From: Anaerohalosphaeraceae bacterium
GTDB taxonomy: Bacteria; Planctomycetota; Phycisphaerae; Sedimentisphaerales; Anaerohalosphaeraceae
Assembly (NCBI GenBank): GCA_963675525.2
Contig: CAXXSL010000016.1
Coordinates: 64,001 to 128,000 of the forward strand
Reading direction: 5' to 3'
DNA length: 64,000 bases
The position numbers were made by a program, and so were the translations under genes. The notes beneath the pieces were generated by a model. The model was not told the DNA's origin, made no database searches, and was given only the letters and a program-made list of their open reading frames with translations. How positions within the stretch are numbered: position 1 is the first letter of the stretch; each line of letters opens with the position of its first letter. This document shows positions 1-10,232 of this stretch, piece after piece.

Positions 1-85
1 AAGTAATTAAAGCCATCAATACATACTTGTCCGATATAATAGACCTCATAAAATACCCCTTATTCTTTACCACACAAAAGATAAG

Positions 86-598
86 TCATATAGCAACATT
101 AACGTTAATTCCCGCATGGTATCCAATCTTGCGAGACAGCATATCCGTTATCATTTCCCTGACAATTTGAACAACACTCGGCACCGCCGTCTGAACCGCC
201 CCGGAAAGTTCCATACCGTAGTCGATAATATCAGGTTCGACTCCGAGAATGGTCACTTCCGGCCTGCTATGCTCGGGAATCAATTGCATAAGGCCAACAA
301 TACCCAACTCATGCAGTGAAGCGGGTTTATTGAATTGTGCCTGATCGATGTCGAAACGGTAAACCGCTCCCGGTTCATCGCCTGCCCGGACCGCATCAAC
401 TGCAATCACACAAGCGGCCTGTTCCAGTAGATGCTGGGCATGTAAAATTGATGTACCCACCTCAGCAAAAATAACACCTTTAATCGGAGGTTCTTTTTGA
501 AGTATCCGAACAACATGCACTCCCACACCGTCATCGGTGAGCAGTTCATTGCCTAAACCTAATATCAGCATCTTGATTTGTTTTATTCCCTGGGTCAT
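86..598 (-). CDS. Hydrogenase maturation endopeptidase (HyaD/HybD family)
   Basis: GLGNELLTDDGVG, VDAV and SLHE motifs; ATG overlaps the large-subunit stop (TAATG). Confidence 0.93.
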   Translation of the reverse strand: MTQGIKQIKMLILGLGNELLTDDGVGVHVVRILQKEPPIKGVIFAEVGTSILHAQHLLEQAACVIAVDAVRAGDEPGAVYRFDIDQAQFNKPASLHELGIVGLMQLIPEHSRPEVTILGVEPDIIDYGMELSGAVQTAVPSVVQIVREMITDMLSRKIGYHAGINVNVAI

Positions 599-2028
599 TA
601 ACAAACGCCCATTCTGAATATTTTCGCATCTTTTCCCGGCTGAATAATATGCGTTGCACAGTCAAGGCACGGGTCAAAGGAGTGAATAATCCGCATCACT
701 TCGATCGGTTGATTAGGATTTTCAACGGGAGTTCCCAACAGTGATTGCTCGATCGGGCCGGGCACCCCCGCATCGTCACGTGGTGCGCAGTTCCAGGTCG
801 TCGGCGAGATCACCTGATAGCGAGACAGTTTGCCCGCTGTGATTTCCATCCAGTGTCCGAGGGCGCCACGAGGCGCTTCTGTCAATCCATAGGCCGTTGC
901 ACTTTGCGGCAGGGTGGGTTCATTATAAACCGCTCCGGCCGGATTCAAATTATTGACCCATGTCCGCATGGCTTCGGCCACCTTGAGGGCTTCATAAGCC
1001 CTCGCCAGATGCCGGTCCATAGTTGATACACCGTTTTGGTAATCCCCATTAACCCACATGCGAGCAAGGGGGCCTACCTCATAAGGCAAATCATTGTATC
1101 GGGGTGATTTGAGCCATGAATACGCACCGTCTTTCGGATTCTGAGGAACCGTCGTTCCTGAAGCGGGATTCGATGCAGGCCCGTCTTCAAACCAGGAATG
1201 GGTAACATGTTCAGCGATTTGATTGACGTCCAGCGACTGAACATTCCGTGAACCATTCTCAACATGGCCCTGAGCAAGCAATTTGCTGCTGCCTGCGGTG
1301 TCCAGATCAAATACCCCAAACGCCAGCAGATTCCCATAGCCCCGTCCTAAAGTGAAATAATCAGGATATTTTGCTGCCAGCAATTGAACATCAGGGATGT
1401 AAACATCTCGAACGAAAGGAATCAGTTCATCCAGAAAGTCATTAAACAGGTCTATCCGTTCCTGACGTGGGGTACAGGTGAAGCCGCCGGCAATATAAGC
1501 CGGCGGATGCGGCACTTTGCCGCCAAAGATCGCTGTCATTTGGTCGGCCTTTCGACGCATCGTAAGGGCCTGCACATAGTGGCCCATCAGCAGATCATTG
1601 TCAGCTTTTGAAAAACGCCGGTCAACTTCCCAGTCGGCCTGCCACGGCGGCATTGCCGGACCTTCAATAAAATCCGGTACCGAAAGCAGGAAGAAATGCA
1701 AAATATGAGATTCGACAAAATTTGAACCATTTACAAGATTCCGCATGATCAATGCATTCTCGGGAATCGTTACACCAAATGCAGCATCGAGATTCTTTAC
1801 AGCCGCCATACCATGCGCCACCGGACACACACCGCAAATCCGTTCGGTGATATGCTGGGCATCGCGAGGGTCTCGCCCAATGAGCAGTTTCTCAAAACCA
1901 CGGAACAACCCGCCTGTTGCCTTGGCACCAACCACCTGACGAACACCATTGACGGTATCGATTTCAATGGTAATATTCAGATGTCCCTCAATACGTGTAA
2001 CGGGATCAAAAGCCGCTGTAATTTTCAT
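598..2028 (-). CDS. [NiFe] hydrogenase large subunit (group 1, 1a-like)
   Basis: DPVTRIEGH, L1 RICGVCP, L2 DPCLDCATH followed by a cleavable C-terminal tail. Confidence 0.96.
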   Translation of the reverse strand: MKITAAFDPVTRIEGHLNITIEIDTVNGVRQVVGAKATGGLFRGFEKLLIGRDPRDAQHITERICGVCPVAHGMAAVKNLDAAFGVTIPENALIMRNLVNGSNFVESHILHFFLLSVPDFIEGPAMPPWQADWEVDRRFSKADNDLLMGHYVQALTMRRKADQMTAIFGGKVPHPPAYIAGGFTCTPRQERIDLFNDFLDELIPFVRDVYIPDVQLLAAKYPDYFTLGRGYGNLLAFGVFDLDTAGSSKLLAQGHVENGSRNVQSLDVNQIAEHVTHSWFEDGPASNPASGTTVPQNPKDGAYSWLKSPRYNDLPYEVGPLARMWVNGDYQNGVSTMDRHLARAYEALKVAEAMRTWVNNLNPAGAVYNEPTLPQSATAYGLTEAPRGALGHWMEITAGKLSRYQVISPTTWNCAPRDDAGVPGPIEQSLLGTPVENPNQPIEVMRIIHSFDPCLDCATHIIQPGKDAKIFRMGVC

Positions 2029-2089
2029 ATAACTTCTCCTTGTCAGCTAAATCCATTGACTCAAATAAGAGAGTTTTATTTTTTGTGTA

Positions 2090-3067
2090 TTATGCATAGA
2101 AATCATTGCCCGGAAAATCTTCTTCGACACAGCCGATGCACATACCGTTGCAATCCACACACCAGTTGACCGGCCCGTTCTCTCCGGCATGCCATTTTCG
2201 GCTTGGACAATTTGAATAGGTACTCGGTCCGCGACAGCCCAGGTTCTCAAGACATTTTCCGTCTTGGCCAAATGTTGTGGCATGGCTGTTTCCGCCACCG
2301 AGATTAACATTTCGCGGACAATTTTCGTGAATATTCATTCCGTGAACATTGATCGTTCTGTTTCCATAAAGTGCCTGCGGTCGCCTGAACGCATCCAGTG
2401 CCGGAACATTGCCTAAAATCAGTTGAACCACCGCCCAGGCAATCCATTCCGGATGCGCTGGACAGCCGGGAATGTTAATAATGAGTTTACTGGGATCGAT
2501 TGAACTAACAAAATCCGGACAACTGACGACACCCGAAGGATTGCGTTCGTTCAGATCCGGGCCGGACATCGGAATACCGCCAAAACTGGCGCAGGTGCCA
2601 ACGCAAACCACCGCGGCCGCACCACCGGTTAAATTCGTAATCGTCTGCTGATAGGTTAATTCCTCGCCGCCATCGGTTGCAATGATGCACGCTCGCCCAT
2701 CGAAAGCAGTTGGCACACCGCCCTCAAGCACCAGCACATAGCCGCCCTTGCGTTTGGCTTGGTTGGCCATGGTCACAGCAGTCTGTGCGGCCGAAGCCAT
2801 CACAACAGTATGGTATGCCAGATTCACATGGGTAATCAGGACATCTGCCAATGTCAGGGTCGCCCCAGGTAATGCAAAATCTTCGCTGAATAAATTCAGG
2901 AAAGAAATCGAATCTCCCTGGCAACCGCTGCCGTGCAGCCAGATCAATGTCGGAACGCTACTACTGGCAAGAGCGGCTTCCAGTCGCTGAAGATCTGAAA
3001 ACCCCAACCCCAATGCTGCGGCACTGGCTGTGCAATATTTCAAAAAACTACGACGTGATACCTTCAT
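2090..3067 (-). CDS. [NiFe] hydrogenase small subunit, Tat-exported
   Basis: SRRSFLK twin-arginine signal; GTCASFGG, IPGCP, HENCPR, CLENLGCRGP and WCVDCNGMCIGC Fe-S motifs. Confidence 0.95.
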   Translation of the reverse strand: MKVSRRSFLKYCTASAAALGLGFSDLQRLEAALASSSVPTLIWLHGSGCQGDSISFLNLFSEDFALPGATLTLADVLITHVNLAYHTVVMASAAQTAVTMANQAKRKGGYVLVLEGGVPTAFDGRACIIATDGGEELTYQQTITNLTGGAAAVVCVGTCASFGGIPMSGPDLNERNPSGVVSCPDFVSSIDPSKLIINIPGCPAHPEWIAWAVVQLILGNVPALDAFRRPQALYGNRTINVHGMNIHENCPRNVNLGGGNSHATTFGQDGKCLENLGCRGPSTYSNCPSRKWHAGENGPVNWCVDCNGMCIGCVEEDFPGNDFYA

Positions 3068-3671
3068 CTTATTACCCTCTCTGTTTGATCCAGTGAAGAA
3101 AGAACATTCTGTATTTTACACAACCGGTCTCACAAAAATACTAAATAGAAAAAACACAGCGATGACGTAAGTCAGTATCAACCTAAAGAACAAAAAATGC
3201 TTGATTGATTCAAACCCCCAAATAATAATCATATCGACTCAGCATAAAAAACCATAAATACGCTATGGTATATATGGATACAGGTGTAACCCTATCCATA
3301 CACTATGAGTTGTATCAAAACAAACCCCCAACAGCAATACATATTTTCAAAGATTTCACATTTTGAAAAAAAATTCTTTATCAGCAAAAACGGCTCACAT
3401 TGGTGCCATTATAAAGTCACGATGTAAAACATCGGGAATATTTATGCAGCATCTCCATGTATATTGGTTGTTTATATTGAGTAGCGATCTGTGTATCAAA
3501 GTATTTAATAACCATTTGCCCTTCATATCGTATAATAATCATAAGCTGATATAAGTTGGTGGGTTGTGATTGACGCCTCTATAAGTCCATTTCCGATTTA
3601 TAAACCATTCCTACAGCTAATTGAGTATTATCGAACATATTATCAACCTTTTTTAATACGAGGGCAGTACA

Positions 3672-4064
3672 ATGGCAACTCAAAAAAGAAAAACTCGTTC
3701 TGACAAATTTCCGCTAACACGGCATCCAACCGGGCAATACTGCAAAAAGATTCATGGAAAAATGTATTACTTTGGTTCAGATAAAAAGGAAGCACTTCAA
3801 AGCTATTTGGATCAAGCAGCCTATTTGCATGGAAGCAATAATGATTCTCAAAAACCAGTCAATGATTCAATGACATTAAAGCAACTATGTGATATGTTTT
3901 CCAAGGTCAAAGCCAATGCCATCACGGCCCAGCATTATAATGATCAGGTTGCGGTCCAGCGACTTTTAGGACATGCAAACTTGCTAATGGCCACAAGATA
4001 TGTGCAGGATGTTTCCAAGCAAACAGATGAGGTGATTGAGAAAAGCAGAAGGTATGTTGTTTAA
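3672..4064 (+). pseudogene. Internally deleted tyrosine recombinase/integrase remnant
   Basis: Integrase-like N-terminus (FPLTRHPTGQYCKKIHGKMYYFG) joined in frame to box II (VQRLLGHANLLMATRY); the core-binding domain and most of the catalytic domain are missing; 130 aa. Confidence 0.75.
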
Positions 4065-4221
4065 TATTCTTTTGTTTGTCTTTATTTTTCATAACCATAG
4101 ACTCTGATTGTGGTTAGAATAAATGTTTATGGTTAACACAGGCATAATCAAGGGCCATTCAAAATTGGAGCGGAAAGGGATTTACTTTTTTTGGGGATAT
4201 TGGGCAAGTTTGAATTGGAAT

Positions 4222-4249
4222 CTAACCGAATCCTAACATATACTTAACA
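4222..4249 (+). promoter_or_regulatory. PHO-box array upstream of phoB
   Basis: CTAACC/CTAACA/TTAACA at 4222, 4233 and 4244 (11-bp period). Confidence 0.8.
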
Positions 4250-4309
4250 TTCCATGAGCACAATAGGGTCGTTTCTGTAACCAAACTGAAGCAGAATGAG
4301 GACTCAATA

Positions 4310-5005
4310 ATGTCACAGGCGAAAATATTGATTGTTGAAGACGAAGAAGACGTTCTGGAACTGGTTCGCTATAACCTCGAAAAGAACGGGTATCAGACGG
4401 AAAGTGCGCTCAATGGGCGAAAAGCCTTGGAGAAGATTCGCTCAACGTCACTGGATTTAATTCTGCTGGATCTGATGCTTCCGGAAGTTGACGGTCTGGA
4501 GGTGTGCCGGAACGTCAAAAAAGACGCCAAAACAGCGGATATCCCGGTCATTATGCTCACCGCCAAAGGAACCGAAGCGGATATCGTCGCCGGGCTCGAA
4601 ATGGGAGCCGATGACTATATCACCAAGCCGTTCAGCCCGCGTGTCTTGATGGCCCGTGTCAAAGCTGTGTTGCGAAGAAAGGAAACACAGCCGGATACGG
4701 ACAAAAGAACCATCCGCATTCATGAGATCGAGATCGATCCCGGCAGGCACAAAGTGACGATTGAGGGCAGGCCGGTGCAATTGACGACTACCGAGTTCTC
4801 ACTGTTAAAATTTTTGGCGTCCCGTCCGGGCTGGGTCTTTACACGGTATCAAATTGTTGACGCCGTCCACGGAAGTGACTATCCTGTGACCGATCGTTCG
4901 GTCGATGTGCAGGTGGTTGGCTTGCGAAAGAAAATGGGCGCCGCCGGCAAATATATCGAAACCGTTCGGGGCGTCGGGTACCGTTTTCAGGAAATAAACA
5001 ATTAG
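4310..5005 (+). CDS. phoB: Phosphate regulon response regulator (OmpR/PhoB family)
   Basis: Receiver domain (LLDLMLP, KPF) plus wHTH (IETVRGVGYRF); pst context. Confidence 0.92.
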   Translation: MSQAKILIVEDEEDVLELVRYNLEKNGYQTESALNGRKALEKIRSTSLDLILLDLMLPEVDGLEVCRNVKKDAKTADIPVIMLTAKGTEADIVAGLEMGADDYITKPFSPRVLMARVKAVLRRKETQPDTDKRTIRIHEIEIDPGRHKVTIEGRPVQLTTTEFSLLKFLASRPGWVFTRYQIVDAVHGSDYPVTDRSVDVQVVGLRKKMGAAGKYIETVRGVGYRFQEINN

Positions 5006-5041
5006 TCTCGCCACTGAATCGGAATAAATAAGGCGGTTATT

Positions 5042-6811
5042 ATGAAGAGACGTTTACTCTGGCAGATATTTCCGGCATTTTGGGTCATCGCGGTCTTGGG
5101 ACTGTTTTTGATCTTTTGGAATCTCTCCGGATTGATGAAAACTTTTTACTACCAGGAAAAACGTGTCCAGCTCGAAAAGCTTGGCAATCTCAGCGTTTCA
5201 TCGTTTCCGCCGCTGGTCGAAAATGCACAATACGATCAAATTCAGGCCCTCTGCAGGCAAATGGGCCGGACGGCTCAAACCCGCTTTACGATGATCGACC
5301 CGCAGGGCAAGGTGTTGGGGGATTCGCAGGAACAACCGGAAAAAATGGTAAACCACTTTGATCGCCCGGAGTTTCAAACAGCATTAACCGGCAAGGTTGG
5401 AAGCGACATCCGTTCCAGCGAAACACTCCAACAGGAAATGATGTATGTGGCGATTCCGATTCAAAAAGGTGATACGGTTGTTGCGGTGCTGCGCACATCG
5501 GTCGCAATGCCCCAATTGCAGGCAACACTTCATTCCGTACTCATGGAGGTCCTGCGCTACGGTCTCATTATAGCGCTTGTGCTGGCCATATTAAGTCTTG
5601 GACTTAGCTGGAAGATCAGCCGGCCTCTTGAATTATTACGGCTCGGTGCTGAACGGTTTGCCCGCGGCGATCTGAATCATCGGCTGGCTGTGCCGCAATC
5701 GCGAGAAATTGCCGGATTGGCCGAATCAATGAATAAGATGGCGGCACAGCTGGATGAACGGATTCGGACAATTGTCGCCCAAAAAAATGAGCAGCAGGCC
5801 GTTTTGTCCAGTATGATCGAAGGGGTTATTGCTGTCAGTACTGATGGAAAGGTAATGAGCCTGAATAGTGCGGCGGCAGCAATGCTCCAGGAGACCGTTG
5901 AAAACGCCGAAGGCAGAACCATCGAAGAGGTGATCCGTAACACAGAATTGCAGCACTTTGTTCAGCAGTCACTGGACAGCGAAAATCCGGTCGAAGCACA
6001 GATCATGCTGCACGAAAAACAACAGACAGAGCAATATCTGCAATCGCATGGAACGGTGCTTACAGACGACCAGGGCAGAAAGATCGGTGCGTTAATCGTG
6101 ATGAATGATGTCACCCGCATTCGCCGTCTTGAAAAAGTTCGCCGCGATTTTGTCGCCAATGTGTCCCACGAACTCAAAACACCGGTAACCTCCATCAAAG
6201 GTTTTATCGAAACCCTGCTGGATGGCGCGATCAACAAGCCCGAAGATGCACAGCGTTTTCTCGAGATCATTGCCCGCCAGACCGAGCGGTTGAATTCGAT
6301 TATTGACGATTTACTCACTCTTTCACGCATCGAACAGCAAGGCGGCTCACAGATGTTGATGGAAACAGTTCCATTGAGGCCGATTTTGAAAGCGGCCGTC
6401 GATTTGTGTGAGATCAAGGCCGGCGGAAAAAACATGTCCATTCATATTGAATGTGACGAGGCTGTCACCGTTCTGGCCAATGCATCCCTGCTGGAGCAGG
6501 CCATTGTCAACCTCGTCGACAACGCGATCAAATACAGCGAACAGGCCGGCGATGTTCGTCTTGACGTCGTACGCTGCGCCGATGAGACACAGATCCGTGT
6601 GTATGATCACGGCTGCGGAATCGCCAAAGAGCACCTGCCTCGATTGTTTGAACGGTTTTATCGAGTGGACAAAGCACGAAGCCGTAAACTGGGCGGTACG
6701 GGGTTGGGGCTTGCAATCGTCAACCATATCGCTCAGACCCATAAAGGTCGTGTTTGTGTGGAAAGCGTTGTCGGCAAAGGCAGTACATTTACCTTCTGCC
6801 TGCCGGCTTAA
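5042..6811 (+). CDS. phoR: Phosphate sensor histidine kinase (2 TM, HAMP, PAS, HisKA, HATPase)
   Basis: FVANVSHELKTP; FERFYRVDKARSRKLGGTGLGLAIV. Confidence 0.93.
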   Translation: MKRRLLWQIFPAFWVIAVLGLFLIFWNLSGLMKTFYYQEKRVQLEKLGNLSVSSFPPLVENAQYDQIQALCRQMGRTAQTRFTMIDPQGKVLGDSQEQPEKMVNHFDRPEFQTALTGKVGSDIRSSETLQQEMMYVAIPIQKGDTVVAVLRTSVAMPQLQATLHSVLMEVLRYGLIIALVLAILSLGLSWKISRPLELLRLGAERFARGDLNHRLAVPQSREIAGLAESMNKMAAQLDERIRTIVAQKNEQQAVLSSMIEGVIAVSTDGKVMSLNSAAAAMLQETVENAEGRTIEEVIRNTELQHFVQQSLDSENPVEAQIMLHEKQQTEQYLQSHGTVLTDDQGRKIGALIVMNDVTRIRRLEKVRRDFVANVSHELKTPVTSIKGFIETLLDGAINKPEDAQRFLEIIARQTERLNSIIDDLLTLSRIEQQGGSQMLMETVPLRPILKAAVDLCEIKAGGKNMSIHIECDEAVTVLANASLLEQAIVNLVDNAIKYSEQAGDVRLDVVRCADETQIRVYDHGCGIAKEHLPRLFERFYRVDKARSRKLGGTGLGLAIVNHIAQTHKGRVCVESVVGKGSTFTFCLPA

Positions 6812-6874
6812 ATTAACCGGCCGAAACTTTATTTCCTTTTTTTACATCCTCATAACTTCTTACAAGCCTTCTGA

Positions 6875-6913
6875 TTAGCATCAATCTAACAAAACTCTAA
6901 TTGTTTGCTAACA
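6875..6913 (+). promoter_or_regulatory. PHO-box array upstream of the porin gene
   Basis: TTAGCA/CTAACA/CTAATT/CTAACA at 6875, 6886, 6897 and 6908 (11-bp period). Confidence 0.8.
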
Positions 6914-7005
6914 CATCAGGGTTATTTATTTCAGCACGACGATGGACAATGCTCAAAAACGGTTTTGGGCACGGTGGTAACTTTTTTCTTATGGAGGTAT
7001 TTGAA

Positions 7006-8277
7006 ATGTTTAGAAAGTTTGTAATGAGTGTCATTGTCATTGGTTTTATGGCAGGGATGACCGGATTAGCAAAGGCCGATGAGATCGGCGATCTTCGCAA
7101 GCAGATGGAAAGCCAGTATAACGAACTGATCAAGCTCCAAAACAAACTGCTCGAAATCGAAGCGGCGCAAAAAGAGCAGGGAGTCGCCGTCAAGAAGCTG
7201 GAATCCAGCGGCAGCATGACCATTCCCGAAACATTAGCCTGGATCGAAAAGGTCAAATTGTACGGTGACTTCCGGTATCGTCATGAGCATATTGATGCTG
7301 AGGCCGATGGCGGGCATGACAACAACGGCCGTGACCGCCATCGTTATCGTGCACGGGTTGGTATCAAGGCGCAAATCAATGAGGAGTGGGCGTTCGATTT
7401 GCGATTAGCTTCCGGCTCGGATGATAAGCCGAATTCAACCAATCAAACAATGGATGATGCATGGGCACAGGACGACGTTTGGATTGACCGGGCCTATTTG
7501 ATTTACAATCCTGCGTGTATGGATGGCTGGACCTTCCAATTCGGCAAGATGGGCAATCCATTTTACAGTCCCGGTAAAAGCCAGCTTATCTGGGATGGGG
7601 ACGCCAACCCGGAGGGGATTGCATTTTCTTATACGGGCAAGCTCAATGATACCACCGGCCTGTTTGTTAACGGCGGCGGCATGTGGATGGAAGAACAGGG
7701 CTCTGATGTGGATACATCATTGTGGGGGATTCAGAGCGGCTTGAAACATGCCTTTGACAGCGGGGATAAGTTGACATGGGGAGCCGGTTACTTTAAGTAC
7801 GGCAATATTAAAGATGAAGCCGTTCTGGTTTCCGCATCCGGCAATACGATGTCCGGCAGCAATTACATGTATGATTATGAATTGGTCGAGTTGTTCGGAG
7901 AATATGGCACCAAACTCGGCGATACGCCCCTGTCTGTTTACGGTGATTATGTCGTGAATACCGCTTCATCTGTTAAAGAAGATACCGGCTGGTTAATCGG
8001 GACGAAAGTCGGCAAGGCGTCAAAACCGGGTTCGATGGATTTCGGGTATGAATACCGGGATTCTGAAAAGGATTCTGTGGTGGGGCTTTTCACCGATTCG
8101 GACTTTGTTGACGGCGGCGCCGAAGGTAAGGGCCATAAGTTTAGTTTTGGCTATGCCTTAGCGCAAAACACCAAGCTTGGCTTTACCTATTTCCTGACCG
8201 ATAGAGATGCCGGCGGCGATGACAAGCGGGACGACAAGTACCAGCGGATGCAGTTTGATATCAGCGTGAAATTCTAA
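7006..8277 (+). CDS. Putative outer-membrane porin, probably phosphate-regulated
   Basis: GGAGG RBS; signal peptide, short coiled coil, GDFRYRHE beta-barrel start and C-terminal Phe; lies between phoR and pstS. Confidence 0.85.
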   Translation: MFRKFVMSVIVIGFMAGMTGLAKADEIGDLRKQMESQYNELIKLQNKLLEIEAAQKEQGVAVKKLESSGSMTIPETLAWIEKVKLYGDFRYRHEHIDAEADGGHDNNGRDRHRYRARVGIKAQINEEWAFDLRLASGSDDKPNSTNQTMDDAWAQDDVWIDRAYLIYNPACMDGWTFQFGKMGNPFYSPGKSQLIWDGDANPEGIAFSYTGKLNDTTGLFVNGGGMWMEEQGSDVDTSLWGIQSGLKHAFDSGDKLTWGAGYFKYGNIKDEAVLVSASGNTMSGSNYMYDYELVELFGEYGTKLGDTPLSVYGDYVVNTASSVKEDTGWLIGTKVGKASKPGSMDFGYEYRDSEKDSVVGLFTDSDFVDGGAEGKGHKFSFGYALAQNTKLGFTYFLTDRDAGGDDKRDDKYQRMQFDISVKF

Positions 8278-8281
8278 TTCG

Positions 8282-8320
8282 CTAACAGAATCCTAACATT
8301 ATTCTAATGGAAGTCTGACA
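8282..8320 (+). promoter_or_regulatory. PHO-box array upstream of pstS
   Basis: CTAACA/CTAACA/CTAATG/CTGACA at 8282, 8293, 8304 and 8315 (11-bp period). Confidence 0.82.
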
Positions 8321-8358
8321 AAAAATAAATATACTATTGTGAAATGAAAGGACAAAAT

Positions 8359-9183
8359 ATGAAATCAAGACTAAAAATTCTTGTACTACTGGCCGTTGTA
8401 ATGATGGCCTCCAATGTCATGGCCGGTGAAAAACTGCAAATCAACGGTTCCACAACCGTTGGCCCGATTGGTGATGCGTTCGCAGAGGCCTTTAAGGAGA
8501 TGCATCCGGATCTGTCAATCACCGTCAGCAAGACCGGTTCCAGTGATGGTGCCACAGGGCTGGTCGAAGGACGCTGTGATATCGCGATGATGAGCCGTTT
8601 TATGAAGGATAAAGAGTTCGCAAAAGCGGTTGAAAACGGTATCATGCCCGTGGCTCATGCGATAGCCATGGATGGTGTGTGTGTGGTGGTTCATCCGTCT
8701 AACCCGGTTAGTGCCCTGACCGGTTCGCAAATCAAAGACATCTATATGGGTAAAATCACGAACTGGAAACAGGTTGGCGGCGCGGATAAGGCTATCGTGG
8801 TCATCAGCCGTGACACCTCCAGCGGAACCTATGAGACTTTCGAAGGCCTGGTTATGAAAAAGGAAAAAATGGGTGACGGTACCGAATACGTCAACTCCAA
8901 TCCGCAGGCCCACGCCCGCGTCAAGAGTACCGAAGGCGCAATCGGTTATGTTGGTTTGGGATTTATTGACCGCAATGTCAAGGCACTGAAGGTTGACGGC
9001 GTGATGCCGGACCGTTCGACAATTGCCAAAGGGATTTATCCGGTCAGCCGTCCCTTGTTCCTGTTTACGAACGGCTATCCCAAGCTCGGTTCGATGGTCT
9101 TTCATTTTTGCACCTTCCACCTGACGGAAGAAGGCCAGGAAATCATTGAAGCCAAGGGATTTATCCCGGTAACCAACTACTAA
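8359..9183 (+). CDS. pstS: Phosphate ABC transporter substrate-binding protein
   Basis: GSTTV, TGSS and SRDTSSGTYETF motifs; signal peptide; alternative start at 8344. Confidence 0.95.
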   Translation: MKSRLKILVLLAVVMMASNVMAGEKLQINGSTTVGPIGDAFAEAFKEMHPDLSITVSKTGSSDGATGLVEGRCDIAMMSRFMKDKEFAKAVENGIMPVAHAIAMDGVCVVVHPSNPVSALTGSQIKDIYMGKITNWKQVGGADKAIVVISRDTSSGTYETFEGLVMKKEKMGDGTEYVNSNPQAHARVKSTEGAIGYVGLGFIDRNVKALKVDGVMPDRSTIAKGIYPVSRPLFLFTNGYPKLGSMVFHFCTFHLTEEGQEIIEAKGFIPVTNY

Positions 9184-9234
9184 GACGACGATTTAATCGA
9201 TCGGTGGACAGGGGATAATCGCTCCTGAAAAGAC

Positions 9235-10232
9235 ATGACTCAGGTAAAAGCCAATCTTGAGAAAACTGCAGCGGCCGAGTTTACTCGGCCGCTGCGTCTT
9301 ACTGTTTCCGAAGACTGGCGCGGGTTTATTTCCGCCAGGATCGGTCATTCGCTTTTGTTTTTGACGACCTTTGTTTCGGTGGTCGCGGTTCTTTTAATTT
9401 TTGTCTTCGTGGTTCGGGAGGCGATTCCGTTTTTTTTTAAGGGCTCCATAAGTGAATCGCTGGAACGCCTTAAAACCTTTCTCTTCAGCATAAAATGGTA
9501 TCCAACCAGTGAACCACCTGTGTTCGGCGGGCTGGCGATTATCATCGGTTCCGTGTACGTAACAGTTTGTTCGCTTTTAATTGCCGTTCCGATTGGCGGA
9601 CTGGCAGCTATCTTTTTGAGTGATATTGCCCCTTTTAAAATCCGCCAGATTTGCAAGCCGATTATCGAAATTCTGGCCGCGATTCCTTCCGTGGCCTATG
9701 GCGTGTTTCGCCGTGATGGTGGTCGCACCCTGGCTGCAGAATAAGCTGGGCTTTGACAGCGGCACCAATATCCTGAATGCGTCGGTTATTTTGGCGTTTA
9801 TGGCTTTGCCGACGATTATCAGTGTGGCCGAAGATGCCCTGTCGGCGATTGGCAGGGAAATACGCGAAGCCTCTTATGCACTCGGTGCCACCCGGGCCGA
9901 AACCCTGATTAAAGTGGTTTTACCGGCAGCCCACAGCGGGATCGTAGCCGCCGTTATTCTGGGTATGATGCGGGCCATCGGCGAAACGATGGTGGTCTGG
10001 ATGGCGTCCGGCAACGCCAGTAAGATTGCCTTCCCCGTGGTGGGACTTGTCTCAATCCGTACGGACGATGACCGCCACCATTGCCGGCGAGTTGGGCGAA
10101 GTTCCCAAGAACACGGACCATTATTATGTGCTCTTTGCATTTGGTCTGCTGCTCCTGGTCGTTACATTTGGATTGAATCTGGTCAGTGAATTTTTTATGG
10201 CACGGGTTAAGAAAAACGCACGAGGACACTAA
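9235..10232 (+). CDS. pstC: Phosphate ABC permease PstC, with two frameshifts (~9705, ~10028) that are probably sequence errors
   Basis: EILAAIPSVAYG, EASYALGAT, RAIGETM and RTMTATIA spread over three frames. Confidence 0.88.

Noticed and set aside
655..680. Selenocysteine ([NiFeSe]) hydrogenase
   Set aside because: The L2 motif codon is TGC (DPCLDC); there is no in-frame TGA.
3201..3300. FNR box or operator upstream of the hydrogenase (TTGATTGATTCAA; TATGGATA...TATCCATA)
   Set aside because: The spacing does not fit TTGAT-N4-ATCAA, and short palindromes are expected by chance in AT-rich DNA.
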